The position numbers and the translations under genes are program-made. Under the pieces are notes generated by a model. It was given only the letters and a program-made list of their open reading frames with translations, did not search any database and had not been told where the DNA came from. From positions 128,136-192,135 of the forward strand of contig WARV01000008.1 in NCBI GenBank assembly GCA_013387205.1: a DNA stretch of 64,000 bases, written 5' to 3'. Source of the stretch: Patescibacteria group bacterium. GTDB lineage: Bacteria; Patescibacteriota; Doudnabacteria; UBA920. Positions 11,721 to 20,418 of the stretch are shown here, one piece after another; within the stretch, counting starts at the first letter, position 1; each line of letters opens with the position of its first letter.

Positions 11721-12824
11721 CTACTTAATAAATACAAGGCTTCCTATTGGGACATAATCACCACTTAATGTAAAATCAAGATTGTTATGTTTGGTTACGG
11801 CAACAGACGATTCTTTTGCAGACGTTTTATCTTTAAAACGCAAAATTGTCCAAACTGCTCCGCTAGTCGCGACCTGTTGTTCTTCGACAATTTTTAAATT
11901 AGTATCTTGTCTAACATCTTTAAGTGCGTCAATACCATTATCTTTACCTACTTCAAGAGAGTAGTTCGCATTTGTCGGACCGTCATTATTTACACCGAAA
12001 TCTAAACGTAAAACCCCAGGGCATTGTTCGCTGTTGTTGCAAATTTGGATAGGATCACAATAATCCAAATTACCACACTCGTTAACTGAATATTTAAACT
12101 CAAAACCATACTCCTCATTTCTATAAGTTTTCCATGTGCTTGTGTCGACTTGCGGTTGGGTAAATTTGAAGGTGGAAAGGATTTCTTTATAAACTTGTTG
12201 CTGCTCGTCAAATATTTTTTGGCCGCAATCAGCTTCACATGCTGGTGATATAATCATGTCGTACACTGAATTATTATTTTCAAATAAAATTCCATTATAC
12301 CCACCCACGTCGCTAAATATATATTCAAGAGCTGGCAGACCTGCAAGCTGAGAATCTGAAATTGTATCAGCACCTTCTATATTTTGGTTTGCCCATTGTC
12401 TTAATGATAAGCGTTGGGGATTTGGGCGCACTTCAATAATAATATCATAGCCGTCCATTGCTACATTAACTCCAGGCTGAGCATTATCCGGTAACAAGCC
12501 GCCAGAACGTAAAAGCTCGAGTTTAGTGTTCTCTAAAATTACAACCATCGAACTCTCTTTATTAAAGTAATGAAATTTTAAATCCTTGGGTTCCTTTAAA
12601 TATAAGTACTTTGGGTAATGAAATTCAAATCCATACTCGTCATTTTTATAAGTCTTCCAATCCTTTAAATCCTCTTTGGCAGTTGTGGTAGAGGATTGGG
12701 TTTTGGTTTTATGATGGATGGAAATCGGACTGTAATCGGCAAAAGGCAAATTGGCATAGTAAATTATGCCGGCGGCAATTGCCGCCACTACAATTATCAA
12801 TATTATCCAATATTTGTGCTTCAT
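11721..12824 (-). CDS. hypothetical membrane-anchored extracellular protein with internal tandem duplication
   Basis: N-terminal TM anchor; motif WKTY(K/R)NEEYGFEF(H/K)Y occurs twice. Confidence 0.5.
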   Translation of the reverse strand: MKHKYWIILIIVVAAIAAGIIYYANLPFADYSPISIHHKTKTQSSTTTAKEDLKDWKTYKNDEYGFEFHYPKYLYLKEPKDLKFHYFNKESSMVVILENTKLELLRSGGLLPDNAQPGVNVAMDGYDIIIEVRPNPQRLSLRQWANQNIEGADTISDSQLAGLPALEYIFSDVGGYNGILFENNNSVYDMIISPACEADCGQKIFDEQQQVYKEILSTFKFTQPQVDTSTWKTYRNEEYGFEFKYSVNECGNLDYCDPIQICNNSEQCPGVLRLDFGVNNDGPTNANYSLEVGKDNGIDALKDVRQDTNLKIVEEQQVATSGAVWTILRFKDKTSAKESSVAVTKHNNLDFTLSGDYVPIGSLVFIK

Positions 12825-12848
12825 GGGATTAAACTGAACTCATCCTAT

Positions 12849-12962
12849 CCTTCTCTTTAGCAAAGAGAAGGAACCAACTAAGTAAGATTAGTAAATAATT
12901 ATCAGCTAACCTTTCTTAGCATGTTCTCCCTCTTTTCTAAAGAGGGAGACAGAGGGAGTTCT
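12849..12962. repeat. structured direct repeat unit 1 (two hairpins CCTYCTCTTT-N3-AAAGAGRAGG plus CTTAGCATGTTC core) flanking DUF559 gene
   Basis: ccttctctttagcaaagagaaggaaccaactaa...cttagcatgttctccctcttttctaaagagggagacagagggagttc; second unit at 13348..13459. Confidence 0.6.
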
Positions 12963-12984
12963 GAATTAGTTATGTTTTTAATTG

Positions 12985-13335
12985 TTAGATTGTTTTAACG
13001 ATTTCTTCGTATACACCCTCAATATTATTCAAGACATCATTATTCCAAAAACGGATGACATAGACACCTATGCTATTTAAGTATTCAGTTCTTTCCTTAT
13101 CATAAAGCTTATCAACTTCCAGATTATGCTGTCCGCCATCGATCTCTATACATAACTTTATTGAAGGGCAATAAAAATCGAGGATATACCTTCCAACCCC
13201 GTATTGCCTAAAAAACTTTAAACCCTTTATTTTCCTGTTTCTTACAATTCCCCAAATTTTCCTTTCCGCATCTGTAAGTCTTTTACGTAATGTTTTTCGT
13301 ATTTCTTTTGTTTGGGACTTGTTATAGATTCTCAT
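12985..13335 (-). CDS. DUF559 endonuclease-domain protein (Vsr/restriction-endonuclease-like fold)
   Basis: LTDAERKIWGIVRNRKIKGLKFFRQY...YILDFYCPSIKLCIEIDGGQH...VIRFWNNDV typical of DUF559; 116 aa. Confidence 0.75.
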   Translation of the reverse strand: MRIYNKSQTKEIRKTLRKRLTDAERKIWGIVRNRKIKGLKFFRQYGVGRYILDFYCPSIKLCIEIDGGQHNLEVDKLYDKERTEYLNSIGVYVIRFWNNDVLNNIEGVYEEIVKTI

Positions 13336-13347
13336 GGAAATTCTTAA

Positions 13348-13459
13348 CTCCTCCTGTCCTCCTCTTTTTTAAAGAGGAGGAACCAACTAAAACGCTAAAA
13401 TGATAATCATCACCACATCGTCTTAGCATGTTCCCTCTCTTTACCAAAGAGAAGGGCAG
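13348..13459. repeat. structured direct repeat unit 2 (same architecture as 12849..12962, with compensatory stem substitutions)
   Basis: cctcctcttttttaaagaggaggaaccaactaaaacg...cttagcatgttccctctctttaccaaagagaagggcagggtgagttcc. Confidence 0.6.
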
Positions 13460-13470
13460 GGTGAGTTCCG

Positions 13471-15144
13471 TTATTCAATTTTATACACCGCCATTGTGGC
13501 TTGGTTGAATTTATTGCGGTATTCGAGAAATAAACGAGCTTGCGGATGGTATTGCTTGAATTTCTTGATGTCAAAAATGCTGGATTGGGTAAAGATAACT
13601 TTATCGCCAAGCTTTAAATTGGAGAGCTTCCAGGAATCTTCCGGGTCAACTTGGTTGTATGGCACATTGCAAGGATCACTGAAATCACCATGCCAGTTGC
13701 TGGTTAAATAATCGGTTGTTTGCACCGAGAATTTATCGAGCACGAGATAAGTATGTTCCTTATCGCAATTTTGGACAAGATATTTACTGGTTCTGGTTAA
13801 GTCTGACCTGAAGTAATAAAAATTTTCCGGAGAATTTGCCGCATAAACAAAATACAAAAAGTAAGTCTGCAAAATTAATGCCAAGACAAAAGCCGCAGCT
13901 GCAAATTTAAACGCGTTCAGCACTAGCCTGGATCTTCTTGAATCATCCATGTGGTATTTGGTATAGACTCCGTGGTGCGCTTTTAGCACAATGCGGCAAA
14001 ATTCATAAATCGCCCATGCGGTTATTATAAACACGACAGGGATTGTGCCGATGGACCTAAGCCCATGGGGAATTCCTTCTGCCGTAGTGATAACAGGAAG
14101 CAACATACCCCAAAACCATCCGGTTAATAGGAAATACGGCCAAAAATGCTTCCTTTTGTTCGGCGCAAAAAAATACCAAATGCCGAAAATAGTGACAATT
14201 ACCAAGCCGATACCGAAAAACGGGCTGATGATTTGCGACAGGAAGGGGAATCCGGAAATGTTATGCCGCCAATTCAAATCGCCTTTAGTAAAGTAGGCAA
14301 GCATGCTTTCCTTTAAAACCTGCCCGACTGTACCGATTAAATTGCCATGGTTAAGCTCCGGGTTAAATACGCTAACCTGTCCGCTACGGCCGACAAATGA
14401 ACCAGGGTGGGTGTAAAAATATTTCGCAATGGGATAAATAAAAACTACAAAACCGATAATAAAACTGATAACAGGTAATTTATAACTAGAAGCAGTTTTC
14501 CAGAATTGTTTTTGCTTGATTTGGGCAAGCAGCGGCCAGGCTATTATCATAAACAAAATAGGAGCCATTATGCGGTAAGCGATGTATGTGTAAAAACCCA
14601 AGGCAAATGACGCGCCGGTAAGCAATGCCAAAATCATGCGATTTCTTAAAGTTTTTGACTGGAAACTGGCAATCAGCAAATACAAAGTCAGGGTGGAAAA
14701 GAGGGGAATAAGATTGGCGCGAAAAGCAGTACGTGACAAAACCACATACCAGGAATTTACAGCCATCAAAAATGAAGCCAAAAGAGCGATGTTAACGGAA
14801 CGGTTTTTGTCTTCGCCATTAAACATGGAAAACAACCTTCTGGTTAAAAAGAAAGTAATTAAAACCGACAAAACTCCTACTAAAGCCGAAACAATATGAT
14901 GTTGCCACGGACCTTTGCCAAAAAGTTCAACGCTGCCCCAAAGCATGTAAAAGAACAAGGCCTCCCTTCCGTTCCCGCGTTCGTAAAACGGCTGTAAGTG
15001 CCCTTGCTGCATTAAGTTAATATCCAATCCGTTGGCGGCTTCATCAGGGAATAGTCCGCCAGGCATAATGTTAATTTGGTAAAATCTAAAAAACACGGCC
15101 AAAAATATTATGCCGATTAAGAACAATTTTTGTTTCTGCGTCAT
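13471..15144 (-). CDS. membrane glycosyltransferase, PMT/ArnT (GT39/GT83-like) family, paralog
   Basis: FYQINIMPGGLFPDEAANGLDINLMQQG... N-terminal motif and ~12 TM segments; 557 aa. Confidence 0.75.
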   Translation of the reverse strand: MTQKQKLFLIGIIFLAVFFRFYQINIMPGGLFPDEAANGLDINLMQQGHLQPFYERGNGREALFFYMLWGSVELFGKGPWQHHIVSALVGVLSVLITFFLTRRLFSMFNGEDKNRSVNIALLASFLMAVNSWYVVLSRTAFRANLIPLFSTLTLYLLIASFQSKTLRNRMILALLTGASFALGFYTYIAYRIMAPILFMIIAWPLLAQIKQKQFWKTASSYKLPVISFIIGFVVFIYPIAKYFYTHPGSFVGRSGQVSVFNPELNHGNLIGTVGQVLKESMLAYFTKGDLNWRHNISGFPFLSQIISPFFGIGLVIVTIFGIWYFFAPNKRKHFWPYFLLTGWFWGMLLPVITTAEGIPHGLRSIGTIPVVFIITAWAIYEFCRIVLKAHHGVYTKYHMDDSRRSRLVLNAFKFAAAAFVLALILQTYFLYFVYAANSPENFYYFRSDLTRTSKYLVQNCDKEHTYLVLDKFSVQTTDYLTSNWHGDFSDPCNVPYNQVDPEDSWKLSNLKLGDKVIFTQSSIFDIKKFKQYHPQARLFLEYRNKFNQATMAVYKIE

Positions 15145-15202
15145 AAAGTAGGGTGTTTAGCGAATCCTTAAAAACGAACGAGCGTTTGAAAACAATCCGC
15201 TA

Positions 15203-15598
15203 TTGTTGTATAATTTAAGCACTATTAATTATTATTTGATGTTAAACGGCTTAAATACCCAAAAAATTTTTCGCGTTTTTGAAAATGTTTGGTTTCTCTG
15301 GATCGTTTGTTTGCTTTTAAACATTATAACATTTTTATTAGTATTTTACAAAATCCACCCTGGGGACAGGATTTTGGCTTTGCGCTATAACATCCTGGTC
15401 GGTGTCGAGTGGTATGACAAAGGCAATAATTTATATTTAATCCCAGGTGCCGGATTGGCAGTTTTATCCGTTAATTTTATTCTTTTTAAAGCATTAAACA
15501 AAAGTGGCAGGTTTCTATCTCTCTTGGCTTTACTGGTAACTTTCGTCGTGGAATCCGCGCTGCTGTTAAGCATTTTAATGCTGGCCAGGGTGAACTGA
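15203..15598 (+). CDS. small hypothetical membrane protein
   Basis: ORF with 3-4 hydrophobic helices; no family signal. Confidence 0.35.
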   Translation: MLYNLSTINYYLMLNGLNTQKIFRVFENVWFLWIVCLLLNIITFLLVFYKIHPGDRILALRYNILVGVEWYDKGNNLYLIPGAGLAVLSVNFILFKALNKSGRFLSLLALLVTFVVESALLLSILMLARVN

Positions 15599-15605
15599 CA
15601 AAACA

Positions 15606-15665
15606 ATTCACAATTGACGATTAGCAATTCACTGCTATTACTCCTGTTAATCGTCAATTGTGAAT
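15606..15665. promoter_or_regulatory. perfect 19-bp inverted repeat (AATTCACAATTGACGATT) with 20-bp spacer between two membrane-protein genes
   Basis: caattcacaattgacgatt ... aatcgtcaattgtgaattg. Confidence 0.4.
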
Positions 15666-15687
15666 TGTTAATTGTTATTTTTAAAAT

Positions 15688-17358
15688 ATGTTCCGCAAAC
15701 GTACAACCAGCGAAAGATTATGGGAGATGTTGCCAGGATTGCAGTTCTGGCTGGTTTTTATTGGAGCCATTACACTCTCTTACCGCCAGCCGGTATGGGC
15801 AGCCGTTTTTATTATCTGCTTTGACCTTTATTGGGTTTTAAAAGCCGTTAATGTCGCAGCTCACTTAATTGCCAGCTACAGGAAGTTCACTTTTTTCGTC
15901 AAAATCGACTGGCTCGACATGGTCAAAAAGCTGTCTGATTTTAAATCGTACGGCGAATTTTTAAGCGGTGAAAAGCTTCAAGCTAAAAAGAAGCTGGAAA
16001 TAAACTTTTTTAAGGAAGAGCTGGAACGGATTAACCGCCTGCAAAATAAAGGCAAGGCAGGAGCCGGCTACCGGGCATTTTACCATCTTATATTAATTCC
16101 TTTCATGGATGAAAGCTTTGAAGTACTCGACTCCACGTTCAGCGCCCTTTCAGCGAGCAACTACGACAAGGAAAATTTAATGGTAATTTTAGCCAGCGAA
16201 GAAAGAGCGGGGATTGCCGCCCAGGAAATTGCTAAAAAAATCCGGGAAAAATTCGAAAAGAATTTCTACAAGTTTTTCATCACAACCCATCCGGACGGAC
16301 TGGAAGGGGAAATTAAAGGCAAAAGCGCTAATGCGAGTTTTGCTGTAGAATCCGTATTGCCGGAATTGCAAAAATTAGGCATAGGGATAGAGCAGGTGTT
16401 AGTTTCCAATTTTGACAGCGACACAATCGTACATCCCCAATACTTTGCCAGGGTCATGTATGAATTTTTGCTGACAGACAATCCGTACCAAAAAAGTTTC
16501 CAGCCAATCGCCATTTACAACAACAACATTTGGGACAGCCCGGCTATAATTAGGGTTGTTTCGGTCTCTAATTCCTTCTGGCAATTTACCGAGAGCTCGC
16601 GCCCCGACCGCCTGCGTACTTTTTCTTCGCACACCATGACGCTAAAAGCCCTGACAGAAGTAGGATTTTGGAAAAAAGACGTCGTCAATGAAGACGGTTA
16701 CATATACTGGCAATGCTATTTGCACTACAAGGGAGACTACCAGGTGGTGCCTTTGTTCATCCCGATTTCTTTGGATACCTGCCTGGCAGACAGCACGTGG
16801 CAAACCATGGTCAACCAGTATAAGCAAAAAAGAAGATGGGCTTACAACGTGGAATATTATCCTCATTTGGTGCCGCAAATTTTAGAAAGCCCGGCTCCGT
16901 TTTGGGACAAATTATACAAGCTCTGGCAATATATTGAAGGGAACTTCAACTGGGCCGCGGCCAGCATTTTAATTTCTTCCTTGGGATGGATGCCGCTGTT
17001 TTTGGGCGGAACGGAATTCAACAACAGCGTTCTGGCCTTCAACCTGCCGTTTGCAACCAAAGCCTTAATGACCATAGCCACATTGTTTTTGATTTTTAGC
17101 GTATATATAAACTTAATTTTGCTCCCGCCGCGGCCGAAAAAATACGGCATCAGCAGGAGCATTATGATGTATCTCCAGTGGTTTTTAGTGCCGCTGTCTT
17201 CGGTAATTTTTGGCAGCCTTCCGGCTATAGAAGCCCAAACTAGGCTAATGCTTGGATACTACCTGGAATTCTGGGTCACGCCCAAAGCCAGGAAAGGGGA
17301 AAACACCGGACTGACCATGAAAGAAATGCAAAGCGTAAAACAAATTTCTAATTCCTAA
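15688..17358 (+). CDS. processive family-2 glycosyltransferase (cellulose/chitin-synthase-like), membrane-bound
   Basis: N- and C-terminal TM helices; GT-A core with DSD (NFDSDTIVHP) and Q(x)xRW motif (QYKQKRRWAYN). Confidence 0.65.
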   Translation: MFRKRTTSERLWEMLPGLQFWLVFIGAITLSYRQPVWAAVFIICFDLYWVLKAVNVAAHLIASYRKFTFFVKIDWLDMVKKLSDFKSYGEFLSGEKLQAKKKLEINFFKEELERINRLQNKGKAGAGYRAFYHLILIPFMDESFEVLDSTFSALSASNYDKENLMVILASEERAGIAAQEIAKKIREKFEKNFYKFFITTHPDGLEGEIKGKSANASFAVESVLPELQKLGIGIEQVLVSNFDSDTIVHPQYFARVMYEFLLTDNPYQKSFQPIAIYNNNIWDSPAIIRVVSVSNSFWQFTESSRPDRLRTFSSHTMTLKALTEVGFWKKDVVNEDGYIYWQCYLHYKGDYQVVPLFIPISLDTCLADSTWQTMVNQYKQKRRWAYNVEYYPHLVPQILESPAPFWDKLYKLWQYIEGNFNWAAASILISSLGWMPLFLGGTEFNNSVLAFNLPFATKALMTIATLFLIFSVYINLILLPPRPKKYGISRSIMMYLQWFLVPLSSVIFGSLPAIEAQTRLMLGYYLEFWVTPKARKGENTGLTMKEMQSVKQISNS

Positions 17359-17476
17359 TTTCTAAGCTCTAAACGATATCTAATTTCCCAATTTCTTAAT
17401 TTCAAATATTTTTTACATTGGTCATTGGGATTTGTTTAGAAATTAGGTCAATTAGTAATTAGGTTAATTTATTATC

Positions 17477-18562
17477 ATGTCCTATTTTCTCTTCTTCACT
17501 CTTTCGGCTATTCTAGCCATAATTTTAACTCCGCTTATAAAGCGCCTGGCAATTAAAGCCAGTATTTTGGACATTCCAAAGTCTGAAAGGAAAATCCACA
17601 AACAACCCATACCGCTCTTAGGCGGCTTGGCCATATACCTTGCGTTTTTAATTTCCACGTTGACATATCTTCAATTCGGAAATGTTGATTTCAATGTTGT
17701 GCCGCAAAAATTTTTCGCAGGACTGATTATTGGCGGACTAATTTTAACCATTGGCGGAATTATAGACGACAAATACGATCTTCCGCCAAAAATTTTATGG
17801 CTTTTCCCGGCTTTGGCTTCGCTAGGAGTTGTTTTTTCAGGAATCGGCATTGGCATAAAATTCATCTCTAATCCTTTTGGCAATCCGGTCAACCTTGATT
17901 TTGCCGTATTGGGAATTCCGTTTTCCGCAATTTTCATTTGGCTTTGGATGATGGGCATGATTTTCACCACTAAGTTTTTAGACGGGCTTGACGGGCTTTG
18001 CTCCGGAATATCTTTAATCGGCGGACTGACTTTATTCTTTTTATCCATTACGCCGAAAATCAACCAACCCATAACCGCCACTTTGGCAATTATTTTTGTC
18101 GGCACCCTGGCCGGGTATCTCATCTTCGCTTTTTATCCTGCATCCATTTTTTTGGGAGAAGGCGGCAGCACCTTTTTGGGCTTCATTTTGGGAACTCTTT
18201 CTGTAATTACTGGCGGGAAAATAGCCACCGCGCTGCTGGTAATGGGTATCCCGATTCTGGACGTTGCCTGGTCAATCACCAGAAGATTATGGTATGGGAT
18301 GAGCCCGTTTAAAGCCGACAAAAGCCATTTGCATCACCGTCTTTTAGATATAGGCTTTACCCAGCCGCAAGCTGTTTTAATCCTTTATGCTATTTCAGCA
18401 GTATTCGGCTTCACCGCGGTCTTCTTGCAAAGTTTTGGCAAACTGGTCGCGCTAATTATTTTATTCGTCTTGATGATATCTTTGGCCTTAAGTTTAGTAA
18501 TAATTTACAAGCGCAAACATCCGCACGTTCCAGAAAATGTTTTAGCAAACAGCAAGGAATGA
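17477..18562 (+). CDS. glycosyltransferase family 4, polyprenyl-phosphate N-acetylhexosamine-1-phosphate transferase (WecA/MraY family)
   Basis: 10-11 TM helices, motifs IDDKYDL, GLDGL, DRRLWYGMSPFKADKSHLHHRLL typical of MraY/WecA. Confidence 0.8.
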   Translation: MSYFLFFTLSAILAIILTPLIKRLAIKASILDIPKSERKIHKQPIPLLGGLAIYLAFLISTLTYLQFGNVDFNVVPQKFFAGLIIGGLILTIGGIIDDKYDLPPKILWLFPALASLGVVFSGIGIGIKFISNPFGNPVNLDFAVLGIPFSAIFIWLWMMGMIFTTKFLDGLDGLCSGISLIGGLTLFFLSITPKINQPITATLAIIFVGTLAGYLIFAFYPASIFLGEGGSTFLGFILGTLSVITGGKIATALLVMGIPILDVAWSITRRLWYGMSPFKADKSHLHHRLLDIGFTQPQAVLILYAISAVFGFTAVFLQSFGKLVALIILFVLMISLALSLVIIYKRKHPHVPENVLANSKE

Positions 18563-18645
18563 TTCTAGAGTTGGTCTCAGAACCTGCTTTTAAGGCGAAA
18601 TGAGATTTTGGGACCAGCTCTAAATTTCAAGAGAGGAGGAATGTA

Positions 18646-19005
18646 ATGACCAATGTTGGCGATGTGGTAAATTTTGGGAGTACTCTCGGATACATGGTTT
18701 TAGAAAGGGTGGATTCTTTGCCTAGGCATTATTTCCGAAGGGTCCCAATCAGCCATTGTAGTAACCACAGATGGTGCCATCATGCTTTTCAGGTCATCAA
18801 GGTCGGGGATAGCTGGACCACCCAGACAGACGGCCTGATCTGCCTGCAATACAGCACCAAGGTCCGGGTTGTAGCAATCGAAGACGAGTTCAATCCGAAC
18901 CCGAAAATCAACCAAGAGATTCTTAATCGGCTCAATCAGATAAAAGGCTTTCTGAACGCAGCCAAGAGAAGAAAAGCCGCTCTTCAGTGTAAAAATTTCA
19001 GATGA
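18646..19005 (+). CDS. hypothetical protein (Cys/His-rich), GC-richer than surroundings
   Basis: strong SD (agaggagga) 8 nt upstream of ATG; local GC ~48%; no family recognised; antisense ORF 18700..19104 considered less likely. Confidence 0.4.
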   Translation: MTNVGDVVNFGSTLGYMVLERVDSLPRHYFRRVPISHCSNHRWCHHAFQVIKVGDSWTTQTDGLICLQYSTKVRVVAIEDEFNPNPKINQEILNRLNQIKGFLNAAKRRKAALQCKNFR

Positions 19006-19087
19006 CAAAGAATCATCGCGTGATTTTACCAAGGACAGCATCCATAAGGCGTTTTGGCAGAGACCAAGGCGCCTTTTTTTATTCTTG

Positions 19088-19116
19088 TTGACGGATTTAG
19101 CCAAATCTGATAAAAT
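19088..19116 (+). promoter_or_regulatory. candidate promoter for rplU (TTGACG-17-TAAAAT)
   Basis: ttgacg gatttagccaaatctga taaaat ~50 nt upstream of rplU. Confidence 0.35.
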
Positions 19117-19167
19117 AAATTAACCTATATATTCTAATAACTAAAACCTAATATCTAATACCTATTT

Positions 19168-19473
19168 ATGACAGCAATAATTGAAACCGGCAGCAAACAA
19201 TATTTAGTCAAAACCGGTGATAAAATCCAGGTTGAAAAACTGGCCGGTGAAGTCGGAAGCGTTGTAAAATTCGACAAAATCCTTTTTACTTCCAATGATA
19301 AAGATTTCACCCTTGGCAAGCCATATGTTGCAGGCGCCAGTGTGGAAGGCAAGGTCTTAAAGCAAGGCAAAGGCAAAAAAGTCCATGTCTTGAAATTCAA
19401 AGCCAAAAGCAAATACCGCCGCAAAATCGGCTCCAGGCAGCAATACACTGAAGTTGAAATCACCAAAGCTTAA
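19168..19473 (+). CDS. rplU: 50S ribosomal protein L21
   Basis: MTAIIETGSKQYLVKTGDKIQVEKL...VLKFKAKSKYRRKIGSRQQYTEVEI; 101 aa. Confidence 0.9.
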   Translation: MTAIIETGSKQYLVKTGDKIQVEKLAGEVGSVVKFDKILFTSNDKDFTLGKPYVAGASVEGKVLKQGKGKKVHVLKFKAKSKYRRKIGSRQQYTEVEITKA

Positions 19474-19520
19474 AACCGCTGATTGAACGCTGATAGCAAC
19501 GCTGATAATACGCTGAATTT

Positions 19521-19552
19521 AAAAAGCCAACCGTACGGTTGGCTTTTTGTTT
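19521..19552 (+). terminator. rho-independent terminator after rplU
   Basis: agccaaccgtacggttggct + ttttgtt. Confidence 0.75.
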
Positions 19553-19652
19553 ATATAAATATCATTCCCGGAAAACGAGCGATCGCTCGAAATCCGGGAA
19601 CTGGTTAGAATCAATAAAACAGGGCGAGGGTTGAGCCATTCATGGACGCTAC

Positions 19653-19687
19653 AAAGGGCATCCTTGGTCAGACCAAGGATGCCCTTT
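19653..19687. terminator. hairpin (AAAGGGCAYCC family, copy 2), likely bidirectional terminator between rplU and recR
   Basis: aaagggcatccttggtcagaccaaggatgcccttt. Confidence 0.5.
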
Positions 19688-19708
19688 GTTTCAATTTAGT
19701 TTGATAAA

Positions 19709-20368
19709 CTAGTATTCTCTTCGCCCTTCAAGCGCTCTCATTAAGGTTATATCGTCTGCGTATTCCAAATCGCCGCCCATGGGCAGGCCGCGGGCAATAC
19801 GGGAAACTTTAATTTCTTGATTTCCTGATTTAGTGATTTCCTGATTAATTCCTCTTATCAACTTAGCTAGGTGCATAGCTGTTGTTTCACCTTCTAAAGA
19901 AGGATTTGTTGCAATTATTATTTCCTTAATTCCTGATTCATGATTCTTGATTCTATCCACTAACTTCTGGATACTTAACTGCTCCGGGCCGATGCCTTCC
20001 AAAGGGTTCAGCACGCCGCCCAAAATATGGAACACGCCGTTATATTCTCCGGTTTTATCCAGCGCCTGCGCGTCCAAAGTTTCTTCCACTACGCAAACCA
20101 CACTATGGTCGCGCTTTGGGTCTTTGTCGATATTGCACGGGTCAGATTCTGACATAAGGCCGCATACCGAGCAAAACACAATTCCTTGCTTTATATTAGC
20201 GATAGCTGACGACAAGTTGGAAATATCGATATTATCTTTTTTCAGCAAATAAAAAGCCAGGCGCTGGGCAGTCTTGGGCCCAATGCCAGGGAGACGGTTA
20301 AGTTCATTAATTAGACGTTGGAGAGAGTGAGGTAATTTTAACATTAATTCAAGATAACAAGATAGCAA
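19709..20368 (-). CDS. recR: recombination protein RecR
   Basis: HhH (LPGIGPKTAQRLAFYLL), C4 zinc finger (CSVCGLMSESDPCNIC-like), Toprim domain. Confidence 0.9.
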   Translation of the reverse strand: MLSCYLELMLKLPHSLQRLINELNRLPGIGPKTAQRLAFYLLKKDNIDISNLSSAIANIKQGIVFCSVCGLMSESDPCNIDKDPKRDHSVVCVVEETLDAQALDKTGEYNGVFHILGGVLNPLEGIGPEQLSIQKLVDRIKNHESGIKEIIIATNPSLEGETTAMHLAKLIRGINQEITKSGNQEIKVSRIARGLPMGGDLEYADDITLMRALEGRREY

Positions 20369-20418
20369 TATAACAATTTAATATGTTATTTTGTTATCTT
20401 GTTTAATTGTTATTTTGA

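Noticed and set aside
18700-19104. Minus-strand ORF 18700..19104 overlapping the 18646..19005 plus-strand ORF
   Set aside because: The plus-strand ORF has a canonical SD (agaggagga) at the right spacing and ends before the rplU promoter; the minus-strand ORF has no SD and would run over that promoter. The plus strand is preferred, with low confidence either way.
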